Source of the DNA: Cyanobacteriota bacterium
GTDB taxonomy: Bacteria > Cyanobacteriota > Cyanobacteriia > PCC-6307 > Cyanobiaceae
DNA length: 59,257 nucleotides
Direction: 5' to 3'
Assembly: GCA_046338875.1 (NCBI GenBank)
Contig: JBKDVK010000029.1
Span: forward strand, 1-59,257
The translations under genes were made by a program, and so were the position numbers. The notes under the pieces were generated by a model. That model had not been told where the DNA came from. It was given only the letters and a program-made list of their open reading frames with translations, and searched no databases. The number at the start of each line of letters is the position of its first letter. The stretch's first letter is position 1. Shown here piece after piece: positions 19,471 to 30,229 of this stretch.

Positions 19471-21768
19471 GCTGTCGTCGCGTGCGCCAGTCAGCACACT
19501 GCGAACCTCATCACGGCGCAGCACCAGCACACCCAAGGGGGGCAGGCAGAGATCGAGAGAATGCTCGTAGCCGTGCATGGGAGTGGCGGTGCTGAACTTG
19601 CCCCCGAGATTGCCGAGGTTGCTGCCGCCGTAGCGGCCACTGTCGCTGTTGAAGGCCTCGGCATAGAACCCCTCCAAGGGGACGCCGACGCGGTAGTGGG
19701 AATGGGGTTGGGGGGTGAAGTTGGCCACCACCACCAACCAGCGCCCAGTGGTGCTTTCGCGGCGCATAAAACTAATTACAGAATGGCGATTGTCGTTACA
19801 ATCAATCCACTGGAAGCCATATTGATTGAAATCATCGCGCCAGAGAGCTGGCTCATTTTTATAGAATTCATTCAGGTCATCAACCATGCGCTGCAGACCT
19901 TGATGGGGCTCAAATTGCAACAGACTCCATTGCAGATCCCCCCAAATATTCCATTCAGAACGCTGGGCAAATTCCATACCCATGAAGATGGTTTTCTTGC
20001 CTGGATGGGTCCACATGTAGGCCAACAAGGCCCTGACATTGGCGAACTTTTGCCAGTCATCTCCTGGCATTTTCTGGAGGAGATTACTCTTGCCATGCAC
20101 CACTTCATCATGGCTCAAGGCCAGCATAAAGTTTTCAGTGAAGGCATACCAAATCGAGAAGGTGACATTATTTTGATGGAACTGTCGGAACCAGGGATCG
20201 AGTTCGAAATAATCGAGCATGTCATGCATCCAACCCATGTTCCATTTCAAGTTGAAGCCCAGCCCGCCAATCTCGGTCGGTTGGGTGACCATCGGCCAGG
20301 TGGTCGATTCCTCGGCGATTGACAGGGCACCAGGGAAATACTGAAACAGCACGTGGTTGGCCTGCTGAAGGAACTGCACCGCCTCCGTGTTCTCGCGGCC
20401 GCCATGTTCGTTGGCCAACCACTGGCCGGTGGGCCGCAGATAATCCCGATAAAGCATCGAGGCCACGGCATCGACCCGGATGCCATCGATATGAAATTCC
20501 TCAAACCAATAGATAAGATTCGCCACCAGGAAGTTGCGTACCTCATTGCGGCTGTAGTTGAAAATCAACGTGCCCCATTCCTTGTGCTCTCCAATCCGGG
20601 GGTCGGCATGCTCGTAGAGGTGGGCCCCATCAAAGAACGCCAAGCCGTGGCCATCCTTGGGGAAATGGCCTGGCACCCAGTCCAGAATCACCCCGAGACC
20701 CTCGGCATGGCAGCGGTCGACAAAGGCCCGGAATTCATCGGGGCTGCCATAGCGGCTAGTGGGGGCATACCAGCCAGTCACCTGGTATCCCCAGGAGCCA
20801 TCGAAGGGATGCTCGGAAATCGGCATCAACTCGATATGGGTGAAACCACGGGCCTTGACGTAGGGAATCAAGCGATCCGCCAGCTCGCCATAGGTCAGCA
20901 ACCGCGCCCCGGGCTTGAGATCCGCCGCGGGTACCGGCGGCCGCGCCGTGCCGTCCGCTTCGATGAAAGGGGTATCAGTGGAACCATGCATCCAGCTGCC
21001 TAAATGCATTTCGTAGACAGAAATCGGCTGCTCAATCGGATTGCGGTTGTCGCGCTGATCCAGCCAATCGCCGTCACTCCAGTTGTAACTACCCAGTTCC
21101 GCCACAATCGAGCCGGTATTGGGGCGCACCTCTTGGCGAAAGCCATAGGGATCGGACTTCTGATAGCAATGACCCGACTGATTACGGATCTCATATTTAT
21201 AAATATCCCCCACCTTCATGCCAGGGATGAACAACTCCCAGCAGCCTCCCAGGCGCTGTTGCATCGGATGATGGCGTCCATCCCAAGCATTGAAATCGCC
21301 CAACACCGCCACCGAGCTGGCATTGGGGGCCCACAGGCAGAACTGCACGCCCATCACCCCCTGCCGTTCGCCGGCATGGGCGCCCATGCGACGCCAAATG
21401 TGGTGGTGGTTGCCCTCGGCGAAGAGGTGGCGATCCAATTCGCCCATCCACTCCTGACGAAAGGCCCAGGGGTCGTACTGCTCATGCACGATGCCGGCCC
21501 GACGCACCCGCAGCCGGTAACGGCAGCCGGGATCTGCTGGCAACTCGGCCTCAAAGATCCAGGGGTGATGGGGGGTCTGGGTGGGCCGTGCCGTCGCCTC
21601 CCCTTCCAGCAACAGCTCAACGGTTTCCGCATCTGGCATCCAGCAGCGCACCACCCAACGGCCGTCACTGAGCTGTTGGGGTCCGAGGATGGCCGCAGGA
21701 TGGTTGTGACGACAGTCCGCCAGACGCTGCGCGTCCTCAGCCATCCATTCAAGGCGGGTTACGGACAT
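19462..21768 (-). CDS. glgB: 1,4-alpha-glucan branching enzyme
   Basis: [36 protein letters not shown] and [10 protein letters not shown]. Confidence 0.97.
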   Translation of the reverse strand: MSVTRLEWMAEDAQRLADCRHNHPAAILGPQQLSDGRWVVRCWMPDAETVELLLEGEATARPTQTPHHPWIFEAELPADPGCRYRLRVRRAGIVHEQYDPWAFRQEWMGELDRHLFAEGNHHHIWRRMGAHAGERQGVMGVQFCLWAPNASSVAVLGDFNAWDGRHHPMQQRLGGCWELFIPGMKVGDIYKYEIRNQSGHCYQKSDPYGFRQEVRPNTGSIVAELGSYNWSDGDWLDQRDNRNPIEQPISVYEMHLGSWMHGSTDTPFIEADGTARPPVPAADLKPGARLLTYGELADRLIPYVKARGFTHIELMPISEHPFDGSWGYQVTGWYAPTSRYGSPDEFRAFVDRCHAEGLGVILDWVPGHFPKDGHGLAFFDGAHLYEHADPRIGEHKEWGTLIFNYSRNEVRNFLVANLIYWFEEFHIDGIRVDAVASMLYRDYLRPTGQWLANEHGGRENTEAVQFLQQANHVLFQYFPGALSIAEESTTWPMVTQPTEIGGLGFNLKWNMGWMHDMLDYFELDPWFRQFHQNNVTFSIWYAFTENFMLALSHDEVVHGKSNLLQKMPGDDWQKFANVRALLAYMWTHPGKKTIFMGMEFAQRSEWNIWGDLQWSLLQFEPHQGLQRMVDDLNEFYKNEPALWRDDFNQYGFQWIDCNDNRHSVISFMRRESTTGRWLVVVANFTPQPHSHYRVGVPLEGFYAEAFNSDSGRYGGSNLGNLGGKFSTATPMHGYEHSLDLCLPPLGVLVLRRDEVRSVLTGARDDSGR

Positions 21769-21818
21769 GACGGCTGGGTAAAACGGGGCGCGCCGGGAGC
21801 TTAGTCTCTGCGGCACCC

Positions 21819-22634
21819 TCAGCGGGTGCTGGGCAGCGAAGGATCGGTGGGGAAATCAACGCCGATGATGGCGTTGCGACGGTCGAGAATCACAAAAATA
21901 TTGTCATTGAGTCGTGTGAATTTAGTCAGCACCAGCACTAGCTTCATGTCGGTGGTGTCCTCGGCGCGGGCGACTTTCTCCACTTTCACCACATTGCCTG
22001 TGCGCTGCTGCAGTGCCTGCCATTTGCGCTGCAGGGCCGCCGGGGGGATCTCCTCCTGCAATATGGGGCCGAGGAAACTGGAGGCAAAAACATATCGGCC
22101 CTCAATCAGGGCCTGAACAAATTGACGCGCCACCGTTTCAGCGGCCACATCGGCGGCGTCGAAGTGATACCCCTCCAGCCTTCCCTCGCTATCAATGATC
22201 ATCAACAGCTGACGGGGCCCGGCGCTGGTGACCAGACGGGCCCCGACCGCGCTGGAATCCACCCCGGGGACCACCGAGTCCAGGCTCCAGCTGAGAATGC
22301 GGGGCTGGTTGCGCAGATGGCTGCGCACCATCGCCGGGCTCGTCATCCGCTGCAGCTTGGGGGCGAATTGGGCGAAGCGAGACTCGGCATCGCCGTCCTT
22401 GAGAGCCTTGAGGATCTGTTCGGCCGCAGCCCGGGCCCGCTCCTCACTGAGGGCAGCACTGGGCTGGCTGCGGCTGGGGGCAACAGGGGCCGCCAAGACA
22501 GGGGCCGCCAGGGGACCCTGAACCAGGGGCGCCTGGAGCGGGGTCGCCTGGGCCTGCCCGAGCTGGGGAGCCAGGGCCGCAGCGACGGCCAGGGCAAGGG
22601 CTGGAAGCCCGGCGCTCAGGGTCGGACGCGGCAT
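21819..22634 (-). CDS. Secreted protein with two DUF3887-like repeats
   Basis: Signal peptide followed by two similar alpha/beta units (AEQILKAL..., ARQFVQAL...[13 protein letters not shown]). Confidence 0.7.
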   Translation of the reverse strand: MPRPTLSAGLPALALAVAAALAPQLGQAQATPLQAPLVQGPLAAPVLAAPVAPSRSQPSAALSEERARAAAEQILKALKDGDAESRFAQFAPKLQRMTSPAMVRSHLRNQPRILSWSLDSVVPGVDSSAVGARLVTSAGPRQLLMIIDSEGRLEGYHFDAADVAAETVARQFVQALIEGRYVFASSFLGPILQEEIPPAALQRKWQALQQRTGNVVKVEKVARAEDTTDMKLVLVLTKFTRLNDNIFVILDRRNAIIGVDFPTDPSLPSTR

Positions 22635-22658
22635 GGCAATGGTGGGGCAATGGTCCCT

Positions 22659-24413
22659 TCAGTGTGCCCCAGCCCCAATGGGGCCAGCCCCAATGGGGCG
22701 AGCCCCCACGGGGCCCAGCAGGGGGTCAAGCCCCAGCCAGGCCCCGGCCAGATGCAACTGCAGGGTGATCACCCGGTGCCCTGGGCCCGGAGCCGTACGG
22801 GGCAGCTGGCCGTCGCCGGGGTTGACGGCGATCTGGGGCCAGGCGGCACCGGCCAGAGAGAGGCGCAACCGCTCCCCGGGGGCCAGGGTGGCTGCCAGGG
22901 GTTGCAACTCCAGGCGCAGCTCTTGCCGTTGCCGGCAGTGCTCCCCCCGCAGGCGCAGGAAGCCGGTGGAAATCTGGCTTACCCGGGTGCCATCGGCGCT
23001 CACCACCGCCAGGGCACCGCAGAGGTCGAAACCCGGCTGGTCCGCCGCCACCCCCAGTTCGAGCCAGGGACGGCCCAACAAATCCAAGCTGGTCGCCAGG
23101 GGTTCGCTGCTGAAGCAGGCCACATCGGCCCGCCCATCGATGTCGCCGCGTTCCACCAGGCCAGCATCCAGGCCCAGGTGGCCCCCCCGACCGGGGACCG
23201 GGCGCCAGGGGTCATGCACCAGCACCACCACTCCCTCCCCTGGCGGCGCAGGCGGCTCCCCAGCCTGGCCGGCGGCCGCCACCAACCGCCCCTCCAGCGA
23301 ACGCACCGCCGCCAGCCCCCGACTCTGCAAACGCCAGCCCAGGGGAACGGGGGATGGCGGGGGGGACCAGGGCTGCCAGATGCCGCTGCGCAGCTCCTGG
23401 AGCAGCACCGGATCGGTGCTGACCGGAGCGGGCTGGTCCTGGCTGCCCCCGGCCATGCGCCCACCAGGGGCCGGCACCGGGGTGGGTGGCAGCTGGGTGG
23501 GTGGGTGTTCAGCCCCCAGCAGATGGCGCCGAAAAAAAGCCAACTGGCGCTCGTCGCAGCCGCCACGCCATTGCAGGTGGGTCCAGGCGCCGATCAGCAG
23601 TTCCGGATTGCCGCCAGCCTGGTGCGCCCGCTGCCACAGATCCAACACCCCGCCCAGGTGGGGATCGTGCCAGCCGCCGATCAGCAGCAGGGGACGCCGC
23701 AGCAAGGCTGGGTTCACCGGATGGATAAGCCAATCGCCGGGCCGGGCCGGATCCAAGCCGAGCCAGCGCCCTCCCATGCCCCCAGGGTCATGGCGGGCTA
23801 ACAGAGCGAGGCCTTCGTCCAAAAAACGGCCGCTCTCCAGGCTGCGGCGAATCTCCCACCAGCCAGGCCCATCGCCACGGCGGCGGCAGGCGGCGGCGGC
23901 CAGCTGCAGGGCCCAGGCCAAGCCCAGGCTCCACCAATGGGCACCCCCCGTACTCGCCCAGTGGAGACGCTCGTCCAGGCCGGCCATGGCGGGGGCCAGA
24001 CAATCGGGCAGGGGGTCGTCCAGGCCGGCCGGGGCAGGCTGTTCAGCGGCGGCGATCAACAGTTGGCTGAGCCCCTGATACGAAAACCCATAGCTGCCCA
24101 CCAGCCCATTGCCCAACGGCAGGCGTCGCGCCCAGCGCACCGCCGCGGCCCCATCGGCGGCCTCCTGGCCAAAGCCCCTGAATTGGCCTTCGGAATCGCC
24201 GCAGCCGCGCACGTCCTGCACCACGACCACGAAGCCCCGGTCGGCATACCAACTGGGGTGGGCGTAGGTGACGGTGGAAGCGATGGCCCGGCCGTAGGGC
24301 TGGCGCATCAACAGCACCGGCCAAGGTCCAGGTCCCTCCTCGGGGAACCAGAGACGGCCCGCCAGCACGGCACCGTCATCGGCCCGCATCGGCGCTTCCT
24401 GGGAGCGGGCCAC
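22659..24413 (-). CDS. CocE/NonD family serine hydrolase
   Basis: MRQPYGR, QDVRG.GDSEG, nucleophile GFSYQG, GGWHD and IGAWTH. Confidence 0.9.
   Translation of the reverse strand: MARSQEAPMRADDGAVLAGRLWFPEEGPGPWPVLLMRQPYGRAIASTVTYAHPSWYADRGFVVVVQDVRGCGDSEGQFRGFGQEAADGAAAVRWARRLPLGNGLVGSYGFSYQGLSQLLIAAAEQPAPAGLDDPLPDCLAPAMAGLDERLHWASTGGAHWWSLGLAWALQLAAAACRRRGDGPGWWEIRRSLESGRFLDEGLALLARHDPGGMGGRWLGLDPARPGDWLIHPVNPALLRRPLLLIGGWHDPHLGGVLDLWQRAHQAGGNPELLIGAWTHLQWRGGCDERQLAFFRRHLLGAEHPPTQLPPTPVPAPGGRMAGGSQDQPAPVSTDPVLLQELRSGIWQPWSPPPSPVPLGWRLQSRGLAAVRSLEGRLVAAAGQAGEPPAPPGEGVVVLVHDPWRPVPGRGGHLGLDAGLVERGDIDGRADVACFSSEPLATSLDLLGRPWLELGVAADQPGFDLCGALAVVSADGTRVSQISTGFLRLRGEHCRQRQELRLELQPLAATLAPGERLRLSLAGAAWPQIAVNPGDGQLPRTAPGPGHRVITLQLHLAGAWLGLDPLLGPVGARPIGAGPIGAGAH
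22669..22713. repeat. 15-bp tandem repeat x3 at the CocE 3' end
   Basis: CCAGCCCCAATGGGG twice plus CGAGCCCCCACGGGG. It encodes PVGAR-PIGAG-PIGAG, and each unit is a mini-palindrome. Confidence 0.85.
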
Positions 24414-24719
24414 TCAGAAAACGTCCGGGCAGTGCAAGCCGATCACATAGGTGGCAAGCACTTCGGCATCCACGGGCGAAAGTCCCTGGTTGCGGGCCAC
24501 GCTGGCAATGGCCTGGGGGGAGGTGGCGGACTGGCCGCTGGCGTTGAGCTGCTTGAACTGAGCGCAGAGACTTTTAGCCAGGCCGGGGTTCTGCTTGACG
24601 CTGTCCAACAGGGCTGAAGCCGCCCGGGCGGGGAGCACGGGACCACCAACCGGAGAGCCGCTGATCGCCAGCAGAACCATGGCCACCCCGATCACCGGTG
24701 AAAAGCGAAACCTCAGCAT
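24414..24719 (-). CDS. Conserved hypothetical secreted protein
   Basis: Signal-like N-terminus, then SALLDSVKQNP..LCAQF...TYVIGLHCPDV with a Cys pair. Start uncertain. Confidence 0.7.
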   Translation of the reverse strand: MLRFRFSPVIGVAMVLLAISGSPVGGPVLPARAASALLDSVKQNPGLAKSLCAQFKQLNASGQSATSPQAIASVARNQGLSPVDAEVLATYVIGLHCPDVF

Positions 24720-24813
24720 CGAGAGGCAGGCCTGAACCATGGAGACGACCGTGCAAGCAAAGGGCTTGTATTCCATTCCATGTATTCGCACCCTCCCCCC
24801 CTGGCCCCCAGGG

Positions 24814-25227
24814 TCAGTTCCGCGAGCGACTGGCCTGGGCGCGGCCGATCCAAAGCCGCAAGGTGGCCATGGCCAGCAGGGGCACGCTGGGGCCGGTGAG
24901 GCGGCGTTGCAAGCGGTGCACCTGGTTGAGCAGACGTTGGGGATCAGCCCCCCCCAGGGCCGCCGACCCAGGGATGCCGGCATGCAACAACAGGGACGCC
25001 TCCTCGGGACGCAGCTGCAGGTCGCCGATCAGGCGAGCCTGGGCCCGCAGGCGCTTTAGTCGGGCCTCACTGGCTTGGCCAGGGGCGGCGAGCTGACGCA
25101 AGCGGGGGTCCTCCAGCTGGGCCAGCCCCCCCCAATCGCCGATCCCAGCGGCCCTCAACACCTTGACTTCAGCTCGAAACTGATGCGGCACTGCCCCGAA
25201 TCCAGGCTCGCCGCCGTCCGCCCTCAT
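24814..25227 (-). CDS. DUF4332-like (HhH) protein
   Basis: LRAAGI..W..LAQL and ASLLLHAGI..LGGADPQRL. ATGA overlap with the upstream gene. Confidence 0.7.
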   Translation of the reverse strand: MRADGGEPGFGAVPHQFRAEVKVLRAAGIGDWGGLAQLEDPRLRQLAAPGQASEARLKRLRAQARLIGDLQLRPEEASLLLHAGIPGSAALGGADPQRLLNQVHRLQRRLTGPSVPLLAMATLRLWIGRAQASRSRN

Positions 25228-25691
25228 GGCACCAGGGTGATCGTCTGACCGGCCAGATCCCGCCGCGCTTCCGCCAGCACCTTGGGGGTTGAAAGTCCCT
25301 CAACAGCATTGTCGAAGCCCCGCAAACGAACGCGCACCACCCCGGTGGGACTGACGCGGCCACTGGCCCGCAGATTGCGGGCCACCTGCTCGACCGTGGG
25401 GGCGTAAGCCTCGGGGGCTAGATCGGCTGGGGCGGCGGCCACCACCAGATCCCCGCCGTTGTCAAAAACAATCGGCACCTGCACCGCCCCCGGCACGCTC
25501 ACTCGGGGCACATAGCTGACCGCAAAGGCCAGGCAAGAGATCGCCAACAGGGCCGTGAAGCTAGTGACGCCCACCAACCGAAAACGGAAACCCCAGCGCA
25601 GGATGAAGGCGGCCACCGTCAAGGCCACCAGAACGCCAGTGGCCGCGCCCAGCCAGAGGCCGGCCTGAAGAGAGGTGGGATCGGCAGCCAT
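25224..25691 (-). CDS. ycf51: Ycf51/DUF2518 family protein
   Basis: WGFRFRLVGVTSF and VFDNGGDLVV; two TM helices. Confidence 0.8.
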   Translation of the reverse strand: MAADPTSLQAGLWLGAATGVLVALTVAAFILRWGFRFRLVGVTSFTALLAISCLAFAVSYVPRVSVPGAVQVPIVFDNGGDLVVAAAPADLAPEAYAPTVEQVARNLRASGRVSPTGVVRVRLRGFDNAVEGLSTPKVLAEARRDLAGQTITLVP

Positions 25692-25758
25692 GGGGACTGG
25701 GCAAACGGCACAGGCCCCTTATATTGCGGCCGACCCAGGCGGTGACAGTTCAAGGTGG

Positions 25759-28700
25759 ATGACCTTGCTGCCTGAGCCCCCGCCATCCAAGGGCTTTCGT
25801 TCGCCCCGCCGCTTCCCCGCTCGGCTGTTGCTGGCCTTGGTTTTGGCCGGTAGTGCGGTGGCAGCACTGGCGCTGTTGGCCTGGATCTGCTCCGATCGGC
25901 TGCTGGCCGGGCTCTATGGCCACTGGCGACCCTGGATCGAACGTCAGGTGGGCACCGTCATGGGCCACCCGCTGCAACTGGGTTCCTATCAGGGCTTTGG
26001 CCCTGGGGGGCTGGAGGTGGGTCCCAGCCGTTTCCTGCCTGGCGAGGGCGATGACTCCAGCATCAATGTGCGCGGGGTGCGGGCCCGGGTGCGGCCCTTG
26101 GCCAGCTGGCAGCAGCAGAGCCTCCAGCTGGAGCTGGATTTCATCGGCGCCGAAGTCGACCTGCGCCGCAACCGCCTCGGGCAGATCTGGAAACTGGGAA
26201 CCCTGGCGCCGGGCCGCCGGCCCCCCAGGCTCAACCTGACTTTTCGGCTGCTGGAGCCGGCCAAGGTGCGGCTTTGGGGCTTCTCCCAGCCCAATCGTGG
26301 GCCTTTGCAGGCCCGGGTCCGCGGCCAGGCCGACCTCAACCTGCCGGCCAGTCGCATCGACGTGCGTGCCCGGTTGGAATGGCCCCAGGATCCCGGCGCC
26401 CTGCTGCTTTCGGGCCAGGGCCAATGGGGTCAGGGTCAGCGTTGGCAGGGGGATTTCACGGCCCGGGGCTTGGCCCTCCCCCCCCTCAGCCCGTTGTTGC
26501 CCCTGCCGCCCTCCTCCCGCCTGACGGGATACGCCGATGGCCAGGTGCGGCTGAGCCTGCAGCAGGGGATGGCCGATTGCAGCGGCTTCCTCAAGGCCCA
26601 AAACGTCCGCTGGCGAGCCAGCCCCAACGCCCCGGACCTGACCCTGGCGCCCCTGCCCCTGCGCTGCAATGACAAGCAGCTGGAGCTGGCCGCCAGTCGC
26701 TGGCGGTATCAGACCTGGGCAGGAACGATCGCCGGGCGACTGACCCGCCAGCGACGCCTCGATCTGCTGGTGCAGGCCGAACCGCCCAAGGGTCTCGGCC
26801 TCGGCCCCTCGCCCCTGCTCGCCAGGCTGGGGGGGCAATTGGGCAAGGACGGAATCCTGGGCGCCAGCGTCCAGGCTCGGCGCGGCGCCTCCCGGCTCGA
26901 TCTCAGCGGCTCGATCGGCAGGGTGCTGAATTTGCAGGGCCCCTGGCAGGTGAATGCCAGCGACCTGCCGCCGCTGGCCCGCCTGCCCGTCTGGCTGCGA
27001 CAACAGCCCCTGGCGGGGCGGCTGCAGCTGGAGGGACGGCTGGCGGCCCCCGCCCTCAGCCTGGGGTCCGAACTGGCCGGCCAGCATCCCCTGCTGGGGG
27101 CCTGGAGCGCGGCGGTGGCCTGGCGGGATGGCCTGCTGCGGCTGGAGCGGCTGCGGGCCGAGGGACTGGAGGCCAGCGCCCAGCTGCCCCTGAACCTCAA
27201 GCCAGGCCGGGGGCTGGTGATGGGCAATCTGACCAGCCAGCTAGACCTGCGCCATTACCCCTTGGGCCGCCTCAGCCCCCTGGTGGGCACCCGCCTGCAG
27301 GGCCATCTCGACGCCCAAGGCCCCGTGACGGGCCCCCTCAACCTGCTGGCGGCCGATCTGCGACTAAGGCTGCAGCAACCGGGCGCCGGCCCGTTGGCCC
27401 TGCGCGAAACCTGGAGCGGCCGTTTCCAGGGACTGGTGGGCAGCGGCAGCCAAAAGGCTCGCTCCGGCGGCCAGCTGCAGCTGGTGGCCGCGGCCCCGGC
27501 CCCCCCCGGGCGGCTTGACACCTGGCTGGATGCCAAATGGCATCCCGTGCGGATCCAGCTGGATCGGGGCGGCGGGCAGCTCACCATGAAAGGGCGACCC
27601 AGCCACTACGACTGGCAGGCCAAGGGCCTCTCCCTCCAGGGTCTGGCCCTGACGCTGGCCCCTAATCAGCCGCTGCGAAACCTGCAGGGGCAACTGGGGG
27701 GCCGTGGCGTGCTCGAACTGCAACCGCTCTCGGTTACCGGGACGGCGCAGATCGAGCAGCCGAGCTTCCTCGGCCTGGCCGCCCGCCAGCTGCGGGCCAG
27801 CTTTGCTTACAGCCGCAACCGCTACAAATTGCAGGCCGATCTCGTGCCCCTCACCGCCGGGCGCCTGCGGATCGACCTGAAGGGCCGGCCCAATGGACCG
27901 CTGCAGTCCCATTGGGTAGCCCGGGGTCTGGATGCGGGGCTGCTGCGCCAAATGGCGATCACCTGGGATCTGGCGCGGGGCCCCATCCCCAAGTCCATGG
28001 CCATCGGCCAGGCCAGCGATCTGGGCAGCCTGGTGTGGGACATCCTGGGCCCCAGCATCGATCAGCAATTGGAGGCCCTGGCACGGGCCGAGGCCCTGGC
28101 GAACCAGCGCCAGGCCGACCTGCGACGGCTGAGTCGCCAGGAGCTACTGGCCCGACTGCAAACCAGCCTGGACGCCGACCTACGCCTCAGCGGTCCGGAC
28201 CCGGGCCGGCTGCGGGCCCAACTGGAGGCGAGAGGGCACCTTTGGTTGGGCCAGCGCGACCGCGACGTAGCCCTGGGCAGCGAGCCATTGACCTTCCGAC
28301 TCGATGGTCCCCTGCGGGGCGGCGAAGGTCATTTCGAGCTGGCGGGTCTGACCCTGGGCCTGCTGAGCCTGTTGGCCCCGGTGCCCCGGGGCCTGAGCGG
28401 CGGCCTGGGCCTCAAGGGCACCTACCGGCTGGGAGGGGCCAATCCCGAACTGGTGGTGAATTTGGCCCTGGATCAGGCCCGGATTGGTCCCCAACCCATC
28501 ACCCTGGAGCGGGGCCGGATTGAGCTGCGGCAAGCCGTTGTCCAGCTAGACCTGGCCCTGCGGGCCCAGGGCGCCAAAAGCAACGTCGCCCTCGTAGGTC
28601 AGATCCCCCTGAACCCCAACCAGAGCGGGCTGGAACTACGGCTCACCAGCCGGGGTGACGGCTTGACCTTCCTCTCCGCCTTGGCCGGCTCCGCCATTGA

Positions 28701-30156
28701 ATGGCAGCAGGGCAGCGCCGACCTGCGGCTGCTGGTGCGCGGCAGCCTCAACGAGCCGATCGCCAACGGTTTTGTCAGGCTGCGCCGTGGCCAGTGCCGC
28801 TTCCTTGGCCAGAAACTTGAAAAGGTTGAAGCGACTGTCCTTTTCGACTTCAAACAACTTGAGCTGCAGCAGCTCACTGCCCAGGTGGGTCGCAACGGGC
28901 TGATCCAGGGTGAGGGAAAGCTGGGCTTGATCCGTCCCCTCGACGGCCCCCCAAGCCTGATGGTGAAGCTGCGCCAGGTGCCCTTCTCGATGAACCGGCT
29001 GCAGGCCATGGGCCAGGGGCAGCTAACCCTGGGCGGCAGCCTGCGCTCGCCGGAGCTGGGCGGGGAGGTGACCGTGAGCCGGGGGACCCTCAATGTCCAG
29101 CCGGCGGGTATCAGCAAAGGCCCCGGCGGTGCCACCACCAGCGTGCAGCGCCTGATCGAAGAGGACTGGAAATTTGACAAGCCCTTGGTGTTGCTCGGCC
29201 CCGACGTGGCCTCGGCCACGGCCAACTCCCTGGCCGAAACCGTGCCCAACTTCCCCTACCTGGCCTTCAACAACCTGAGGCTGCGCTTTGGACCCGACCT
29301 GAGGGTGGTCCTGCCCAGGGTGGCGAGCTTCAACACCGGCGGCTCCCTGCGCATCAGCGGCCGCCTGGACCCCAGCCTGCGGGCCTCCGGGGTGGTTCGC
29401 CTGTTGGGTGGCCGGCTCAATCTGTTCACCACCAGCTTCAGCCTCGATCCCCAGGCCCCCAACGTGGCGGTGTTCACGCCCTCCCTCGGGCTGGTGCCCT
29501 ATCTGGACATCGCCATGCGCACCCGCATCTCCGACAGCCTGGGGCTGATCGCGCCCAACGGCTTCAATCCAACCTCGCGGGAAGCCTTTGTGGCGGGAGC
29601 GCCGACAACAACCCTCACCCCCGGCGGGGCTTCCCTGCGCCAACTCAATCTCATCTTGGTAACGGTGAGCGTCAGCGGTCCTGCCGATCGCCTCGGGGAA
29701 AACATCAAGATGCGCAGCACTCCCCCCCTGCCCCAGGAACGGCTGGTGGCCCTGGTGGGGGGAAACTCCCTGGCGGGGCTTGGATCGGGCGGGGCGGGCA
29801 CGGCCCTGGCGACGGTGCTGGGGCAGTCGCTGCTGTCACCGCTGCTCTCCTCCTTGAGTGATGCCATGGGGCAGCGGGTCAGCCTGGCGCTTTATCCCAC
29901 CTATGTCAGTCCGGAAATCTCCTTCAGCTCCAATCAAACCTCCAGACGGCTGCCTCCCCAGTTGGTGCTGGGGGCCGAAATCGGCTACGACCTCAGCGAC
30001 CGGGTCAATCTTTCGCTGCTGGCGGCCCCGAACCGTACGGACATACCGCCGCAGATGACCCTGAATTACAAGGCCTCCGAGCTGATCAACATTGAGGCTT
30101 CGGTGGACAGCCAAGGCTCCTGGGGCTCCCAGCTGCGGCTGTTTCTGCGCTTCTAA
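25759..30156 (+). CDS. tamB: TamB / DUF490 translocation-assembly protein
   Basis: About 1465 aa with an N-terminal TM anchor, beta-strand-rich body, and C-terminal VSGPA..RSTPPL..RLVAL and LRLFLRF. Confidence 0.85.
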   Translation: MTLLPEPPPSKGFRSPRRFPARLLLALVLAGSAVAALALLAWICSDRLLAGLYGHWRPWIERQVGTVMGHPLQLGSYQGFGPGGLEVGPSRFLPGEGDDSSINVRGVRARVRPLASWQQQSLQLELDFIGAEVDLRRNRLGQIWKLGTLAPGRRPPRLNLTFRLLEPAKVRLWGFSQPNRGPLQARVRGQADLNLPASRIDVRARLEWPQDPGALLLSGQGQWGQGQRWQGDFTARGLALPPLSPLLPLPPSSRLTGYADGQVRLSLQQGMADCSGFLKAQNVRWRASPNAPDLTLAPLPLRCNDKQLELAASRWRYQTWAGTIAGRLTRQRRLDLLVQAEPPKGLGLGPSPLLARLGGQLGKDGILGASVQARRGASRLDLSGSIGRVLNLQGPWQVNASDLPPLARLPVWLRQQPLAGRLQLEGRLAAPALSLGSELAGQHPLLGAWSAAVAWRDGLLRLERLRAEGLEASAQLPLNLKPGRGLVMGNLTSQLDLRHYPLGRLSPLVGTRLQGHLDAQGPVTGPLNLLAADLRLRLQQPGAGPLALRETWSGRFQGLVGSGSQKARSGGQLQLVAAAPAPPGRLDTWLDAKWHPVRIQLDRGGGQLTMKGRPSHYDWQAKGLSLQGLALTLAPNQPLRNLQGQLGGRGVLELQPLSVTGTAQIEQPSFLGLAARQLRASFAYSRNRYKLQADLVPLTAGRLRIDLKGRPNGPLQSHWVARGLDAGLLRQMAITWDLARGPIPKSMAIGQASDLGSLVWDILGPSIDQQLEALARAEALANQRQADLRRLSRQELLARLQTSLDADLRLSGPDPGRLRAQLEARGHLWLGQRDRDVALGSEPLTFRLDGPLRGGEGHFELAGLTLGLLSLLAPVPRGLSGGLGLKGTYRLGGANPELVVNLALDQARIGPQPITLERGRIELRQAVVQLDLALRAQGAKSNVALVGQIPLNPNQSGLELRLTSRGDGLTFLSALAGSAIEWQQGSADLRLLVRGSLNEPIANGFVRLRRGQCRFLGQKLEKVEATVLFDFKQLELQQLTAQVGRNGLIQGEGKLGLIRPLDGPPSLMVKLRQVPFSMNRLQAMGQGQLTLGGSLRSPELGGEVTVSRGTLNVQPAGISKGPGGATTSVQRLIEEDWKFDKPLVLLGPDVASATANSLAETVPNFPYLAFNNLRLRFGPDLRVVLPRVASFNTGGSLRISGRLDPSLRASGVVRLLGGRLNLFTTSFSLDPQAPNVAVFTPSLGLVPYLDIAMRTRISDSLGLIAPNGFNPTSREAFVAGAPTTTLTPGGASLRQLNLILVTVSVSGPADRLGENIKMRSTPPLPQERLVALVGGNSLAGLGSGGAGTALATVLGQSLLSPLLSSLSDAMGQRVSLALYPTYVSPEISFSSNQTSRRLPPQLVLGAEIGYDLSDRVNLSLLAAPNRTDIPPQMTLNYKASELINIEASVDSQGSWGSQLRLFLRF

Positions 30157-30229
30157 GCCCAATGGCGGCGGTCGCCCCCGTACGGTCGGCTGCACCAGTC
30201 CCACCGGGCCGTGGCACCCGGCACCCCCC

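Noticed and set aside
19096-20322. 408-aa plus-strand ORF spanning the antitoxin and glgB
   Set aside because: It is antisense to two well-supported genes and reads through the tandem repeat without protein-like features.
22122-24078. Long plus-strand ORFs (559 and 481 aa) opposite the DUF3887 and CocE genes
   Set aside because: Antisense shadow ORFs typical of high-GC DNA, with no recognisable motifs. The same applies to 30956-32509, 32149-33486, 39468-40613 and 45101-46471.
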